Assembly (NCBI GenBank): GCA_964016885.1
Contig: OZ024742.1
Location: 347,882,001 to 347,946,000, forward strand
DNA: 64,000 nt
Source: Eledone cirrhosa
Lineage: Eukaryota
Direction: 5' to 3'
The translations under genes and the position numbers were made by a program. The notes beneath the pieces are model-generated. The model ran no database searches. It had not been told where the DNA came from and saw nothing but the letters and a program-made list of their open reading frames with translations. Below are positions 13,217 through 24,190 of the stretch, piece after piece; within the stretch, counting starts at the first letter, position 1; each line of letters begins with the position of its first letter.

Positions 13217-15499
13217 ATGGAAAAACATCATTGTGGTATGTCCTTAAAAAACATACCCATCCAGGGTAAAAAGGATTACATTCTTGGTATGATACAAAGG
13301 ACCAACGAATTTATTCGGCGGATTAGATGGAAGGCCTTCCACTTCGATCGGAAAAGGATTACACAAACTTCGGACACCAACAACGAGAAGTTTAGTTTCA
13401 AATCCTACAAAAACCCACCCTCTAACCCTCTTTTGGATTCTTTCGAACAGGACTTAATGAAAATGATAACCGGAATCAAATTTACAAACGGAAGGAAAAA
13501 CGAACTGCAACGAGATATTAAAACTCTACTCAACAACCTAAGGAATACCAAAGGAATTATCATAAAGGCAGACAAAACTTCGAATCTATACACCCTGGAT
13601 GTAGAAACATATAACAATTTTATACGTAAGGAATTACATAGGAAATACAAAAAAACAAACGCAACTACACTAACCAACATTAATAACGCAGCATGTGATA
13701 TTGTTAGGAAATTGAAAATTGACGACAGAACGGTACCCCTATCCCCAGCTACACCGACTTTTAATCTGAAGGACCATAAGGATAACTTCGATACTAACCC
13801 TAAAATTAGATTAATATGTCCTTCAAAGTCCGATATAGGTAAGATTAGTAAGTACATATTAGATCGTATTATCCCCCAAGTTAAGGCTAAGGTAGATATT
13901 AAATTATGGGGTAATACTCATCAGGCAATAAGATGGTTCAATAACATTAGGGACAAAAACAAATCTTCTTTTATTCAATTCGATATAGATGAATACTATT
14001 CCTCTATTTCACCCGAAACCCTGCATAAGGCCCTCTCTTTCGCTAAGACTAACTCGGACCTCACAAACGAGGAAATTAATATTATACTTGAAGCTAGACG
14101 CACAGTAGTGCACTTTGAAAATAGTTATTGGGTCCGCAGGGATAGACCCTCGGAATTCGACATTACGATGGGTTCTAATGATTCGGCGGAGGTCACGGAT
14201 TTGGTTGGGATCTATATAGCCCATAGACTCCAGAGCGAATTTACGGACCTCCACGGCGGAATATACCGCGACGATACACTTCTATTAGTCAAGAATATGA
14301 ACAAACAAAACCTAGAAAGGCGACGTAAAAACATTAGGAAACTTTTCTTAGAACTAGGGCTTAATATTACCTTTGAACACAATCTTAAGGTGGTCAACTT
14401 CTTGGCTGTTACCTTCAACCTTAATAACGGTAATATAGAGCCATTTCACAAACTTAATGAAAATCTTAAGTACGTTAATGTAAAATCGAACCATCCTCAT
14501 TCCATTATTAAATCTATCCCTAAAAATATATCCATAAGGATCTCCCGACTGTCGTCTAATTTGCAGACCTTCAACGAGCATGCTGAATATTATAATGACG
14601 CACTTAGAAAAGCTGGTTACTGCGAGAAAATTGAATATCTAGACGATAACCACATAAGTACTATGAATAAAACACATCTAAGTCGAACTAGTATTGCACC
14701 ACACACACACATCAATAGGCATACTAACAGGTGCAAACCAGCAAATAGAGTCAGACGTAGAGAGTACATATGGTATAACCCCGTGTACAATTCTTCTATT
14801 AGCACTAAGATTATCTCACAATTCTATACACTAATCAATAAACACTTTACAACTTCACATAAATACTATAAAATCTTTAACTCGCGCACCATTAGACTAT
14901 CATACTCCACTGCACCTAACATAGAACAACTAATTAGAAAACTCAACTCAGCAATACTGAATAAGTACATCCCTAATGACTCAGCGCACCAGCATAGCAA
15001 CATGCAACGCACTAACACGCAACCACAACCCCACCAAACTATCCAGGATTCTACTGCAAAACATAAAAATAGTTGTAACTGCACCAAACCAGGTACGTGC
15101 CCACTGAATAACCAGTGCCTAGCACGCAATATTGTCTACCGGTGTACAATAAATTCCGGGACCAACAAATGGTATTACGTCGGATGTACCGCAACTTCTT
15201 TCAAGGCTCGCCTATACCAACATCGATCTTCGATCAGGCACGGGAAAATGCGCTCCGTAACAACCCTCGCCGATAAAGCCTGGCAGCTTCGGAGGAACAA
15301 TCAAGCGTTCTCCCTTGATTGGCAAATTATTGCAGCTGCGCCTGCATATCAGCAAAATCATCGATTCTGCAAGTTATGCAATTTAGAGATATACTGCATT
15401 TTAACGTCGGTAAACAAACTTTTGAACAGCAAAATTGAACGTTCTCTATACTGTAACCATCGTTTGAAAACGACTTTTTCTTTTTTTAAATGCATATAA
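13217..15499 (+). CDS. Penelope-like element polyprotein, reverse transcriptase + GIY-YIG endonuclease, 760 aa, uninterrupted
   Basis: KADKT, FDIDEYY, ITMGS, GIYRDD (RT); IVYRC...YVGCT..SFKARLYQH, CKLCNLE, LLN (GIY-YIG). Confidence 0.93.
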   Translation: MEKHHCGMSLKNIPIQGKKDYILGMIQRTNEFIRRIRWKAFHFDRKRITQTSDTNNEKFSFKSYKNPPSNPLLDSFEQDLMKMITGIKFTNGRKNELQRDIKTLLNNLRNTKGIIIKADKTSNLYTLDVETYNNFIRKELHRKYKKTNATTLTNINNAACDIVRKLKIDDRTVPLSPATPTFNLKDHKDNFDTNPKIRLICPSKSDIGKISKYILDRIIPQVKAKVDIKLWGNTHQAIRWFNNIRDKNKSSFIQFDIDEYYSSISPETLHKALSFAKTNSDLTNEEINIILEARRTVVHFENSYWVRRDRPSEFDITMGSNDSAEVTDLVGIYIAHRLQSEFTDLHGGIYRDDTLLLVKNMNKQNLERRRKNIRKLFLELGLNITFEHNLKVVNFLAVTFNLNNGNIEPFHKLNENLKYVNVKSNHPHSIIKSIPKNISIRISRLSSNLQTFNEHAEYYNDALRKAGYCEKIEYLDDNHISTMNKTHLSRTSIAPHTHINRHTNRCKPANRVRRREYIWYNPVYNSSISTKIISQFYTLINKHFTTSHKYYKIFNSRTIRLSYSTAPNIEQLIRKLNSAILNKYIPNDSAHQHSNMQRTNTQPQPHQTIQDSTAKHKNSCNCTKPGTCPLNNQCLARNIVYRCTINSGTNKWYYVGCTATSFKARLYQHRSSIRHGKMRSVTTLADKAWQLRRNNQAFSLDWQIIAAAPAYQQNHRFCKLCNLEIYCILTSVNKLLNSKIERSLYCNHRLKTTFSFFKCI

Positions 15500-15909
15500 T
15501 GTTACCTTTTTACACCAACGTTTGCAAATTTCTGTCTTATATGTTTATACACTAGATATGGCTTTCTATAATAATAGTACTAAACACTGTTTTTCTGGAC
15601 CCCTTTAGAAATAACCTGCTACTATAATAGCCCTAATAACTTGTCTGTGACATTGTACCACTTTGACCCCTCTAACTAAATTTTGTCCGAACAACACCAC
15701 TAGAAGTATCTACTTCCCAGCCAACCTTAGCACGCCTCATTAAGCTAACTGCTGCCAAAACATTCTCTCTTCACAATCTCTACTAGTCTGACAGTCTTAA
15801 ACCCTAAGACTCCCTCCACCTTACTCACTTCCCTCTTCCCCTTCTCTTCCTACCTCCTTCTTTATCTGTTATCTAGTGTATAAAATATTTTCATATCATT
15901 CTAATACAA

Positions 15910-16026
15910 AGGTCTGATGACATGGTGTGTTGGCTTACAGTGTACTTTCGGTTTTTGATAATATTTGTGTATTATTCAAGTAGCGAGGTATAGGTAACTC
16001 ATACACTATAGAAACAATTGTTACCT
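15910..16026 (+). ncRNA. Atypical hammerhead motif in the 3' pseudo-LTR
   Basis: Same sequence as 12893-13009. Confidence 0.62.
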
Positions 16027-16111
16027 AATAAATTCTATATACCCGCATTTCCATTTCGTAAATTTTTTCTCTATATATATATATCGAATGTAGAAAAGTT
16101 ATATATATATA

Positions 16112-16763
16112 TGTAGCAGATAAGATGTAATGTTATTCTTTTGATGGGTGTTTGATGAAAAGAATAATGCCAGGATTGTGTTAACGTTTATTTTACAATA
16201 ACAATATGACAGAATTTATCGCTAAGCTGCTACGAGCTCGCGCAAATGTATGTATTAATACGAAGATACCATATCACAGTGAGACGGAATAGAATGAGCG
16301 TAGAATGTAAGGAATATGAACTTACTATGTGTGTGTGTGTGCGCGTGCGCGCTTCATGTCTGGCTGTGTCTGTGTGTGTGCGCTTCATGTCTGGCTGTGT
16401 CTGTGGCCGAGAAAGGGTAAAAGGTCTGCTGATGCCTACATGATTATCTCTTACTGACTGCTACTTCGGGTCTGTGTCCCTGAATTCCTTAAGTCGTTGT
16501 ATTTACAGTTAGAAGGATGTGTATATGAGGTTGATTTATGACCAGCCGTGTGGATATCGTCTCCCAGGAAGCTGGGGTCACAGGTCAAGTAGTATGTACG
16601 TTTATCATCGTTGTCTTGACAGGACAATGGTGGTCCAAGAGGCGAGAAACCTCAGATTCGGTTTCGAATCTTCGCCGGTAAAATATAGGAGTATTCTGTT
16701 ATACTCTGCTAAGTATTTAGTACCTTACTTACTGTGGTTACCTCCGTTTCAATCCGGAATAAC
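16112..16763. mobile_element. Unclassified about 650-bp non-coding insertion between TA tracts; 3' end resembles PLE pseudo-LTR ends
   Basis: 16697-16762 aligns with the reverse complement of 17589-17652; TGT...ACA ends. Confidence 0.4.
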
Positions 16764-16781
16764 ATTATATATATATATATA

Positions 16782-16972
16782 GGGCGGTGGATTGGTAGTA
16801 TCGGTAAAGGGTCGGACGCCATGCTTTGACGTATAGAGTTACGACCCTTGCCATTCTGAGTTCAAATCCTGCCGAGGTTAACTTTGCCTTTCATCCTTAC
16901 GGGGTCGATAAAATAAAGTACCAGTAATGTACTGCGATAAATGCTGGCCTTGTGTCAAAAGTAGAAACAATT
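16782..16972 (+). mobile_element. tRNA-derived SINE, same family as 10309
   Basis: A/B boxes; shared body CTTTGCCTTTCATCCTTACGGGGTCGATAAAATAAAGTACCAG. Confidence 0.88.
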
Positions 16973-16988
16973 AAATATATATATATAT

Positions 16989-17170
16989 ATATGAAAGACG
17001 TAAAATAAGAAAATTTTAAAATTAATTTTAAAATTTTCTTATTTTACGTCTTTCATATAATTGTTCTGCATCCCCTTGCATAGAACCACAAAGGTACTAA
17101 CTAAGACATAACATATATATTTGCTAGCATGAGTATACATCTGTATACATATGTTGGTAGATATACTAAT
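16989..17170 (+). repeat. 70-bp perfect palindrome (16989-17058) followed by a diverged fragment of the 523-bp repeat family
   Basis: Self-complementary about 17023/17024; 17032-17170 aligns with 20687-20825. Confidence 0.75.
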
Positions 17171-17175
17171 TCTAT

Positions 17176-17543
17176 TGGCAGTATCGGTAGAGGGTCGGAC
17201 GCCATGCTTTCCAGCATAGTTACGTCCCTTTACGATCTGAGTTCAAATCCCGCCGAGGTTGACTTTGCCTTTCATCCTTACGGGGTCGATAAAATAAAGT
17301 ACCAGTAATGCACTAGGTAATTGCTGGCCTTGTGCCAAAAGTAGAAACAATTATATATATATATATATATAACATTATATATATATATATAATGTTATAT
17401 ATATATATATATAACGTCCCTTTACGATCTGAGTTCAAATCCCGCCGAGGTTGACTTTGCCTTTCATCCTTACGGGGTCGATAAAATAAAGTACTAGTAA
17501 TGCACTGGGTAATTGCTGGCCTTGTGCCTAAAGTAGAAACAAT
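17176..17543 (+). mobile_element. Two tandem SINE copies (17176-17352 and truncated 17414-17543)
   Basis: Same family as 10309, separated by TA tracts. Confidence 0.88.
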
Positions 17544-17714
17544 TATATATATATATATATATAACATTATATATATATATATATATACGTTATTCCGAGT
17601 TGAATCGGATGCAACCACAGTAAGTAAGGTACTCAATACATTGCAGAGTATAAAAGTTTTAATATAGATGAGATTCTACAGGACTAGAACTGTTTCATTC
17701 TTTAAAAATCATCA

Positions 17715-17767
17715 GGGATTCCTGATGATTTTTAAAGAATGAAACAGTTCTAGTCCTGTAGAATCTC
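17715..17767 (+). ncRNA. Type I hammerhead motif inside a perfect inverted repeat (17665-17771)
   Basis: Stem I GGGATTC/GAATCTC; CTGATGA 17722-17728; weak stem II; GAAA 17741-17744; stem III CAG/CTG; GUA triplet. Confidence 0.65.
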
Positions 17768-17865
17768 ATCTCTCTCTCTATGTATATATATATATATAGT
17801 GGTGGAACACTGGTAGGTAATATCCGTAGTGATAGAGCATTCAGTCGATGGGACAAGTTAGGTAG

Positions 17866-17951
17866 AAGTGGTTACACAACAGTTAGTTCACCATCACCAT
17901 ACTGAGAACAAATGTTCTCGGTATGGTGAACTAACTGTTGTGTAACCACTT
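17866..17951. repeat. About 40-bp-arm inverted repeat between TA tracts
   Basis: AAGTGGTTACACAACAGTTAGTTCACCAT...ATGGTGAACTAACTGTTGTGTAACCACTT. Confidence 0.8.
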
Positions 17952-17969
17952 ATATATATATATATATTT

Positions 17970-20502
17970 CGTTTCTGAATTTGTTGAGCAAGATTCTTTA
18001 TCTGAAAACGTGTGTTGAAACCGTCTTGCAGAATGTCGGTTGACAGTCTGCCAAACTACATCCAGGCAATGCAACCCCACATCACTAACACAAGAGAAGT
18101 AACACCACAAGAGCATGAGGATAGAGAAAAATCCCTCAATGCCCATATGGTGATGTAGACGAATATAATGCAGCCCAACAAAAGGACTGCCAACAACTTC
18201 CAGGCCTGGAACAATGACGTGCCGGCGTTGTATGGGCTTCGAAAAGACCATAAAACGGGCAGTGACCCTGTCACGGGACCACCAACACGGCCAGTCTGTG
18301 GAGCTAACATTGCTAGTAACTACAGACTGTCCTACTTCCTCTCCCTGATCATACGCCCCATCATTGAAATGTCCCCAGATGTATGTGACAGCACGGAGGA
18401 CCCCCTCAGCAGAATCGGCGAGGGTAACCGATCTAGGGACCTAACAAACTGCATAATAGGTAGTATGGATGTTGTGTCCCTGTATCCATCTATTGACGTG
18501 GATTTTGCTGTGGAGAAATGCGTAGAAATGATCAGTGAGAGCAATGTTGAGTTCCGTGGGATTGATACCAGTGAGCTGGGACTCCTACTTAAACTTACCT
18601 ATAGTAATAATTACCTAGACACATATGACCTTAGCAACCTATGCCCTACAAGACCAGCAAGAGGCAGACCACTTACCATTACCTCAATGGCCAAGAAAAC
18701 CCACACAGATAGATGGAACGGGTGGACCAGAGCCATACGGACACCCGAAAACCACGATGAACTAAAGAAAATGATTGCACATGCGGTGGAGGCCAGCATA
18801 AAATGAACCCTTAAGGAACATATGTTCAAATTTAATGGAAAAACATATGCCCAAGAGGAAGGAGCAGCCATTGGTGTTAGCATTGCAGGCGACATAGCTA
18901 ACTTATTCATGGTATGGTGGGACAGTAGACTTAAACTTAAACTTAAAGAACAATTAGAAGACCCCTTAACCCTGATAATGTACTCCCGCTACGTTCATGA
19001 TATAAACATCGTAGTTAAAACACCCCCACTAGAGAACAGTCAGGAATTAGAGAAAAACACAATGGAAAGCATCCAGAATATAGCTAACTCCATCCACCAG
19101 AGTATTAGAGTTACTATAGACTACCCAAGTAAACACCCCAACCATCGATTACCTGTACTAGACACAGAGCTCTGGTTAGATACCATTAATAACAAAAAAC
19201 AAATCCTCCATTCCCATTATGCCAAACCCATGACTTCCAAATATCTGATCCACCGAAACTCAGCTGTTTCGGACCATACCAAAATCAACATATTGATTGC
19301 GGATTTGATACGGGTGATGAGAAACGTGTCCCGCATGTGCAACCCCGAAGAACTAGAGAGACACATACAACACTTCATCCACCGTATGCAGTCCTCTGGT
19401 TACAATCAGAGAGATAAAATCAGAGTGTATAGAGGAGCCAGAACCAAATGGGAAACAATGGTAAATAATGACACAAATGGGACCTGCCCCTTGTATAGGA
19501 GCACATTTTGGAATAGAATAGAAAGAACTAGGAATAAGGCTAATAGTATAAACTCATGGTATGATAGCAATAAATACCAGAGTGTAATGTTCATCGATAC
19601 AACCCCTAGAGGTGAATTAGCTTACAAATTTAGAAGGGCCCTAGATAAACATAAACTCAATATTAAGATAGTAGAAAGACCAGGTACCTCCGTAAAAACA
19701 CTTATTAGCAAGACATACCCTTTTCAAAGACCCCCCTGTATAGATAAGAAATGTATAACCTGTAAATTAAGCCCCCATATTAAATGTAAAACTAGAAATG
19801 TAGTATATATCATAAGATGTACCGAAGGATAATGTAGAGACAAAAATATAGTGTACATAGGTGAGACAGCTCGTAGTGTAGGGGAACGGATAAATGAACA
19901 CTGGCGAGACCTTCAAGATAGTAAAGAATCATCTGTACTCTACCAACACGCTAAAATAGGACATAAGGGTAAATTAGAGAACATAGAAATAAAAATAGAA
20001 TCTACACACAGAAAAGACGCAATGTTTAGACAAATCACAGAGGCAATAAACATAAAAGAATTACAACCAAAATTAAATAGAAAACATGAGTGGAACAGCA
20101 ACATCATAACTTACAATTAAGGACAAAATGAAAACACACACGCACATAGAACAAACAACCAACCTGTAACATGTAAATAAACAAATAAACGAATATAAAC
20201 ACACACAGACACCCGGATGTGGCGCATGCGCAGACTGAGCACACAACACACACACAGAAACAAAATGGCGTAGGACAGAACAAAGGAGAGGCACAAAAAC
20301 AAAGAAAAGAATCCCCAGTCACTGAAGAGGTCACAGAATGTGTGACGAAAGAACTTTGACAATATATAAACAACCATCTGGTTGTGGAACCAACCAACCA
20401 ACCGGAAATTTATAAATTCCTAAATTTATTATAATAAATTGAAGTGAAAGCAACTGGTGCGTGTGTTTCTTATTGGCAACATGACCCTCCCAAAGTATAA
20501 CA
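17970..20502 (+). mobile_element. Second Penelope-like element (different clade), 5'-truncated and inactivated; RT + GIY-YIG + pseudo-LTR
   Basis: ORFs 18168-18806, 18822-19832 and 19851-20120 share one frame (TGA then TAA stops); LYGLRKDHK, PTRPV, SMDVVSLYPSI, RYVHD (YVDD mutated), YIGETARS..ERINEH, PKLN. Confidence 0.9.
20318..20360 (+). ncRNA. Minimal type I hammerhead motif in PLE 3' pseudo-LTR
   Basis: GTCA-CTGAAGA-G-GTCACA..TGTGAC-GAAA-GAAC-TT-TGAC. Confidence 0.65.
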
Positions 20503-20575
20503 ATATATATATATATATATATATTTAATAAGTTTCCAGTGTCCTCGCCTTGCCTGGAAACTTACATGAGAATAG

Positions 20576-20658
20576 ACTTTCCTGACGACGGAATGCTTCT
20601 ATATATTATTCTTCGGAAAATATATTTACTCCATTTCAGAAACTAATTAGTTGGAAGT
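20576..20658 (+). ncRNA. Atypical hammerhead (C10.1-A11.1), unit 1
   Basis: ACTTTC-CTGACGA-C-GGAATG...CATTTC-A-GAAA-CTAATTAG-TT-GGAAGT. Confidence 0.68.
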
Positions 20659-21098
20659 GATATTTTAGTAAGTAAGTTACTTTTATAATTTTCTTATTTT
20701 ACGTCTCTTATATTATTGTTCTGCAACCCCATGCATTGAACCACACTGTTATTAAGACAAAACCTATATATTTGCTAGCATTGATATGCATCTGTATGTA
20801 TATATATGTTACTAGATATGAATTCTTTATTATTATCTCCAAATTATTTGTCGAGTAATATTGGCCATGACTGCTGCTACGGTTGTAGGCAGGCCGCTGT
20901 CTTATTAGCAAACCACTTTCCACTGATTGACCTCGATGTCACGTGTTCGATTCTTTTTGAATTTGCCACAGACGTAGAGGCAGTGATTTTCTCAATGGCT
21001 TGGAATTCAGTCCACGCTTTGCTATTTCCTATCCACTGAATTATTTTTTAATAAGTTTCCAGTGTCCTCGCTTTGCCTGGAAACTTACATGAGAATAG

Positions 21099-21181
21099 AC
21101 TTTCCTGACGACGGAATGCTTCTCAATATTATTCTTCGGAAAATATATTTACTCCATTTCAGAAACTAATTAGTTGGAAGT
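21099..21181 (+). ncRNA. Atypical hammerhead, unit 2
   Basis: Copy of 20576-20658. Confidence 0.68.
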
Positions 21182-21621
21182 GATATTTTAGTAAGTAAGT
21201 TACTTTTATAATTTTCTTATTTTACGTCTCTTATATTATTGTTCTGCAACCCCATGCATTGAACCACACTGTTATTAAGACAAAACCTATATATTTGCTA
21301 GCATTGATATGCATCTGTATGTATATATATGTTACTAGATATGAATTCTTTATTATTATCTCCAAATTATTTGTCGAGTAATATTGGCCATGACTGCTGC
21401 TACGGTTGTAGGCAGGCCGCTGTCTTATTAGCAAACCACTTTCCACTGATTGACCTCGATGTCACGTGTTCGATTCCTTTTGAATTTGCCACAGACGTAG
21501 AGGCAGTGATTTTCTCAATGGCTTGGAATTCAGTCCACGCTTTGCTATTTCCTATCCACTGAATTATTTTTTAATAAGTTTCCAGTGTCCTCGCTTTGCC
21601 TGGAAACTTACATGAGAATAG

Positions 21622-21704
21622 ACTTTCCTGACGACGGAATGCTTCTCAATATTATTCTTCGGAAAATATATTTACTCCATTCCAGAAACTAATTAGTTGG
21701 AAGT
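21622..21704 (+). ncRNA. Atypical hammerhead, unit 3
   Basis: Copy of 20576-20658; stem II fully Watson-Crick here (GGAATG/CATTCC). Confidence 0.68.
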
Positions 21705-21752
21705 GATATTTTAGTAAGTAAGTTAATTTTATAATTTTCTTATTTTACGTCT

Positions 21753-21822
<70 letters not shown>

Positions 21823-22047
21823 TATGTACACGTACATACATATATGTATACAGACGTACAGTAGTATGTATATGTATACAGACGTACAGTAGTATGTATA
21901 TATATACATACATGCACACATATATATATATATATGTACGTATGGATTCACCTAACATTTGCTCGGTGTGTTTGTAAAAAAACATCCCGTATTAAGCCGT
22001 AGTGTCCAGCAACTATCGTTGCTCGTTTGTTCAACACTGACAAAGGA

Positions 22048-22090
22048 ACGCTGTACTAGTTTCAAGCTTATTAGCTATCGTCAGCAACGT
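22048..22090 (-). ncRNA. Minimal type I hammerhead (inverted copy)
   Basis: Reverse complement of 22191-22233. Confidence 0.75.
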
Positions 22091-22190
22091 ATACCTTCCT
22101 GCCAGATTGTTGAACGTATATACTTACCTTATGCATATTAACGGCTGAGTAGCCTAATTTGCATATCGAGTGGGTTAATCGGCAAGGTTT

Positions 22191-22233
22191 ACGTTGCTGA
22201 CGATAGCTAATAAGCTTGAAACTAGTACAGCGT
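22191..22233 (+). ncRNA. Minimal type I hammerhead with palindromic stem III
   Basis: ACGTTG-CTGACGA-TAGCTAATAAGCTT-GAAA-CTAG-TA-CAGCGT; GUA triplet. Confidence 0.78.
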
Positions 22234-22610
22234 TCCTTTGTCAGTGTTGAACAAACGAGCAACGATGGTTGCTGGACACTACGGCTTAATACGGGATGTT
22301 TGTTTACAAACACACCGAGCATTATAATAAATGTTAGGTGAATCCATACGTACATATATATATGTGTGCATGTATGTATATATATATACATACTACTGTA
22401 CGTCTGTATACATATATGTATGCACGTGTACATACTTATATTTAAGTAACAGCGGTACTAAGAGTGGGAAATTAAATTTCGTTTCATTTTTTCCGTTTAT
22501 CGTTTTCGGTGCACCCGGCCGATTAACCCACTCGATATGCAAATTAGGCTACTCAGCCGTTAATATGCATAAGGTAAGTATATACGTTCAACAATCTGGC
22601 AGGAAGGTAT

Positions 22611-22653
22611 ACTTTGCTGACGATAGCTAATAAGCTTGAAACTAGTACAGCGT
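22611..22653 (+). ncRNA. Minimal type I hammerhead, unit 2
   Basis: As 22191 with one stem I mismatch (ACTTTG). Confidence 0.72.
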
Positions 22654-22917
22654 TCCTTTGTCAGTGTTGAACGAGCAACGATGGTTGCTGGACACTACGG
22701 CTTAATATGGGATGTTTGTTTACAAACACCGAGCATTATAATAAATGTTCGGTGAATCCATACGTACATATATATATGTGTGCATGTATGTATATATATA
22801 TACATACTACTGTACATCTGTATACATATATGTATGTACGTGTACATACTTATATTTAAGTAACAGCCGTACTAAGAGTGGGAAATGAAATTTCGTTTCA
22901 TTTTTTCCGTTTATATA

Positions 22918-23737
22918 TCATCATAATCTATAAAGCTCAGTGTGTGGTCATGCTCCTTTCTTATAGAAATCTACGATATAGAATTTCTTCAATTGAAATT
23001 TACAATTCAGTACTCGAAATAGTTTCGATTGCGTCTTGACGCAGATAATTTTTTCAATTTTACCCACAATTACGCAAAAAATAGATAAAACTCAATATTT
23101 TACGATTTTCCTCTCTCATTTAAACTGTTAAACTCTTTCCACTACCATTCAAAATCTATACAACTTCATACTTTCTGCTACTTTCTCTTTCCAAGCTTGA
23201 TGGTGATACTGTCCGTTCACACTACTTCCTACTGTCTTAAATTTAGAAAACACATATCCTCTATGAGGTTACTAAACCTGCTAGAAACAGCAGCTAACTC
23301 TCCCCATACCACACCCCTCGCCACACCACTCCCTATTGTCTTAAATTAAGAAAACACATATCCTCTATGGGGTTACTAAACCTGCTAGAAACAGCAGCTA
23401 ACTCTCCCCCATATCACACCCCTCCCTACTGTCTTAAATTTAGAAAACACACAGACAACCATGCAGAACAACTCCATCGCAGCTCTGTTGTTCGGCTGGC
23501 ATCGTCTACGCGCGTGTTGCGCAAGTACTGTGAAACAATAAATTTCAACACTTTTTTGCACAGAGATAATATCCATAGGCGAAACTACAATTGTCACTGC
23601 TGGCGCAGCTCCTGCTTCCAGGTCTGCAATTCATTCACCCAGTCCCTGGCAGACAAAAAAGTGCTGCCATAAAATGGGTGGTGCAACCTAACTTTGGTAA
23701 CTTAATGACCCCGAGCAACGCCGGGCTTTAATGCTAG
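22918..23737 (+). mobile_element. Putative non-autonomous Helitron (3' end clear, 5' end uncertain)
   Basis: Subterminal hairpin CCCGAGCAACGCCGGG then CTAG-T, same 3' end as the 32806 element. Confidence 0.55.
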
Positions 23738-24190
23738 TATATGTATAAATGAAAAGTATAGAAGTTATTGTAGCAAGAAGCCAACAGTATTCCATAAGAT
23801 ATAAGTGACTATAGCGTCAAAATGGGAAAATAGTTAACGTATACTTATTGGCCCAGCCTACGTCTAACTTAATAGCACCACCTTAATATACACGCACACA
23901 TTTATATATATACATACACACACATATATAGGGTCACGGATGGTCTAGTATATAATATAAAAGAAAGATGTTTATAGAATTGTTTGAATCACACGAAAAC
24001 TATACACACAGACAGACACACACATCTAAAGAGAGAACGACACAGAGTTGGTGAATTGAACCTCCCCACCTTTTTAGTTTTCTTCTTTATCATTTTTGTT
24101 CAATAAATTTATATTATTGTGTTTATACACGGTTTAGACATTATATTTGTAATATCCTTCTGAATGAATTGCAAGAAATTTATAATGTTA

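Larger units (their letters stand above)
9610..16071 (+). mobile_element. Complex Penelope-like element insertion (probable Hydra clade): inverted truncated copy 9610-11461, direct truncated copy 11461-13167, full ORF copy to 16071; flanked by (TA)n
   Basis: 3017-bp offset direct repeat and about 1.65-kb inverted repeat; RT plus C-terminal GIY-YIG ORF; CxCx5C linker (CNCTKPGTC); both ends in TA microsatellite. Confidence 0.92.
20525..21755 (+). mobile_element. Tandem 523-bp non-coding repeat (about 2.35 units), one hammerhead per unit; retrozyme-like / non-autonomous PLE
   Basis: Exact 523-bp period; HHR motifs at 20576, 21099, 21622; TA tracts on both sides. Confidence 0.8.
21820..22912 (+). 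mobile_element. Non-coding 420-bp-unit repeat: inverted copy (21820-22182) plus about 1.7 direct units, one minimal hammerhead each; retrozyme-like / non-autonomous PLE
   Basis: 420-bp period (22191 vs 22611); inverted 5' copy as in PLE insertions; no credible ORF. Confidence 0.8.

Noticed and set aside
18804-18806. In-frame TGA in the second PLE as possible selenocysteine (as in Naiad PLEs)
   Set aside because: Not at an evident Cys position. The same frame has a TAA at 19830 and a YVDD-to-YVHD change, so it is a pseudogene; the endonuclease is C-terminal, unlike Naiads
20708-20923. Antisense ORF ESGLLIRQRPAYN faintly resembling a GIY-YIG C-terminus
   Set aside because: Too short and weak to support by eye, and opposite to the HHR orientation; needs a profile search
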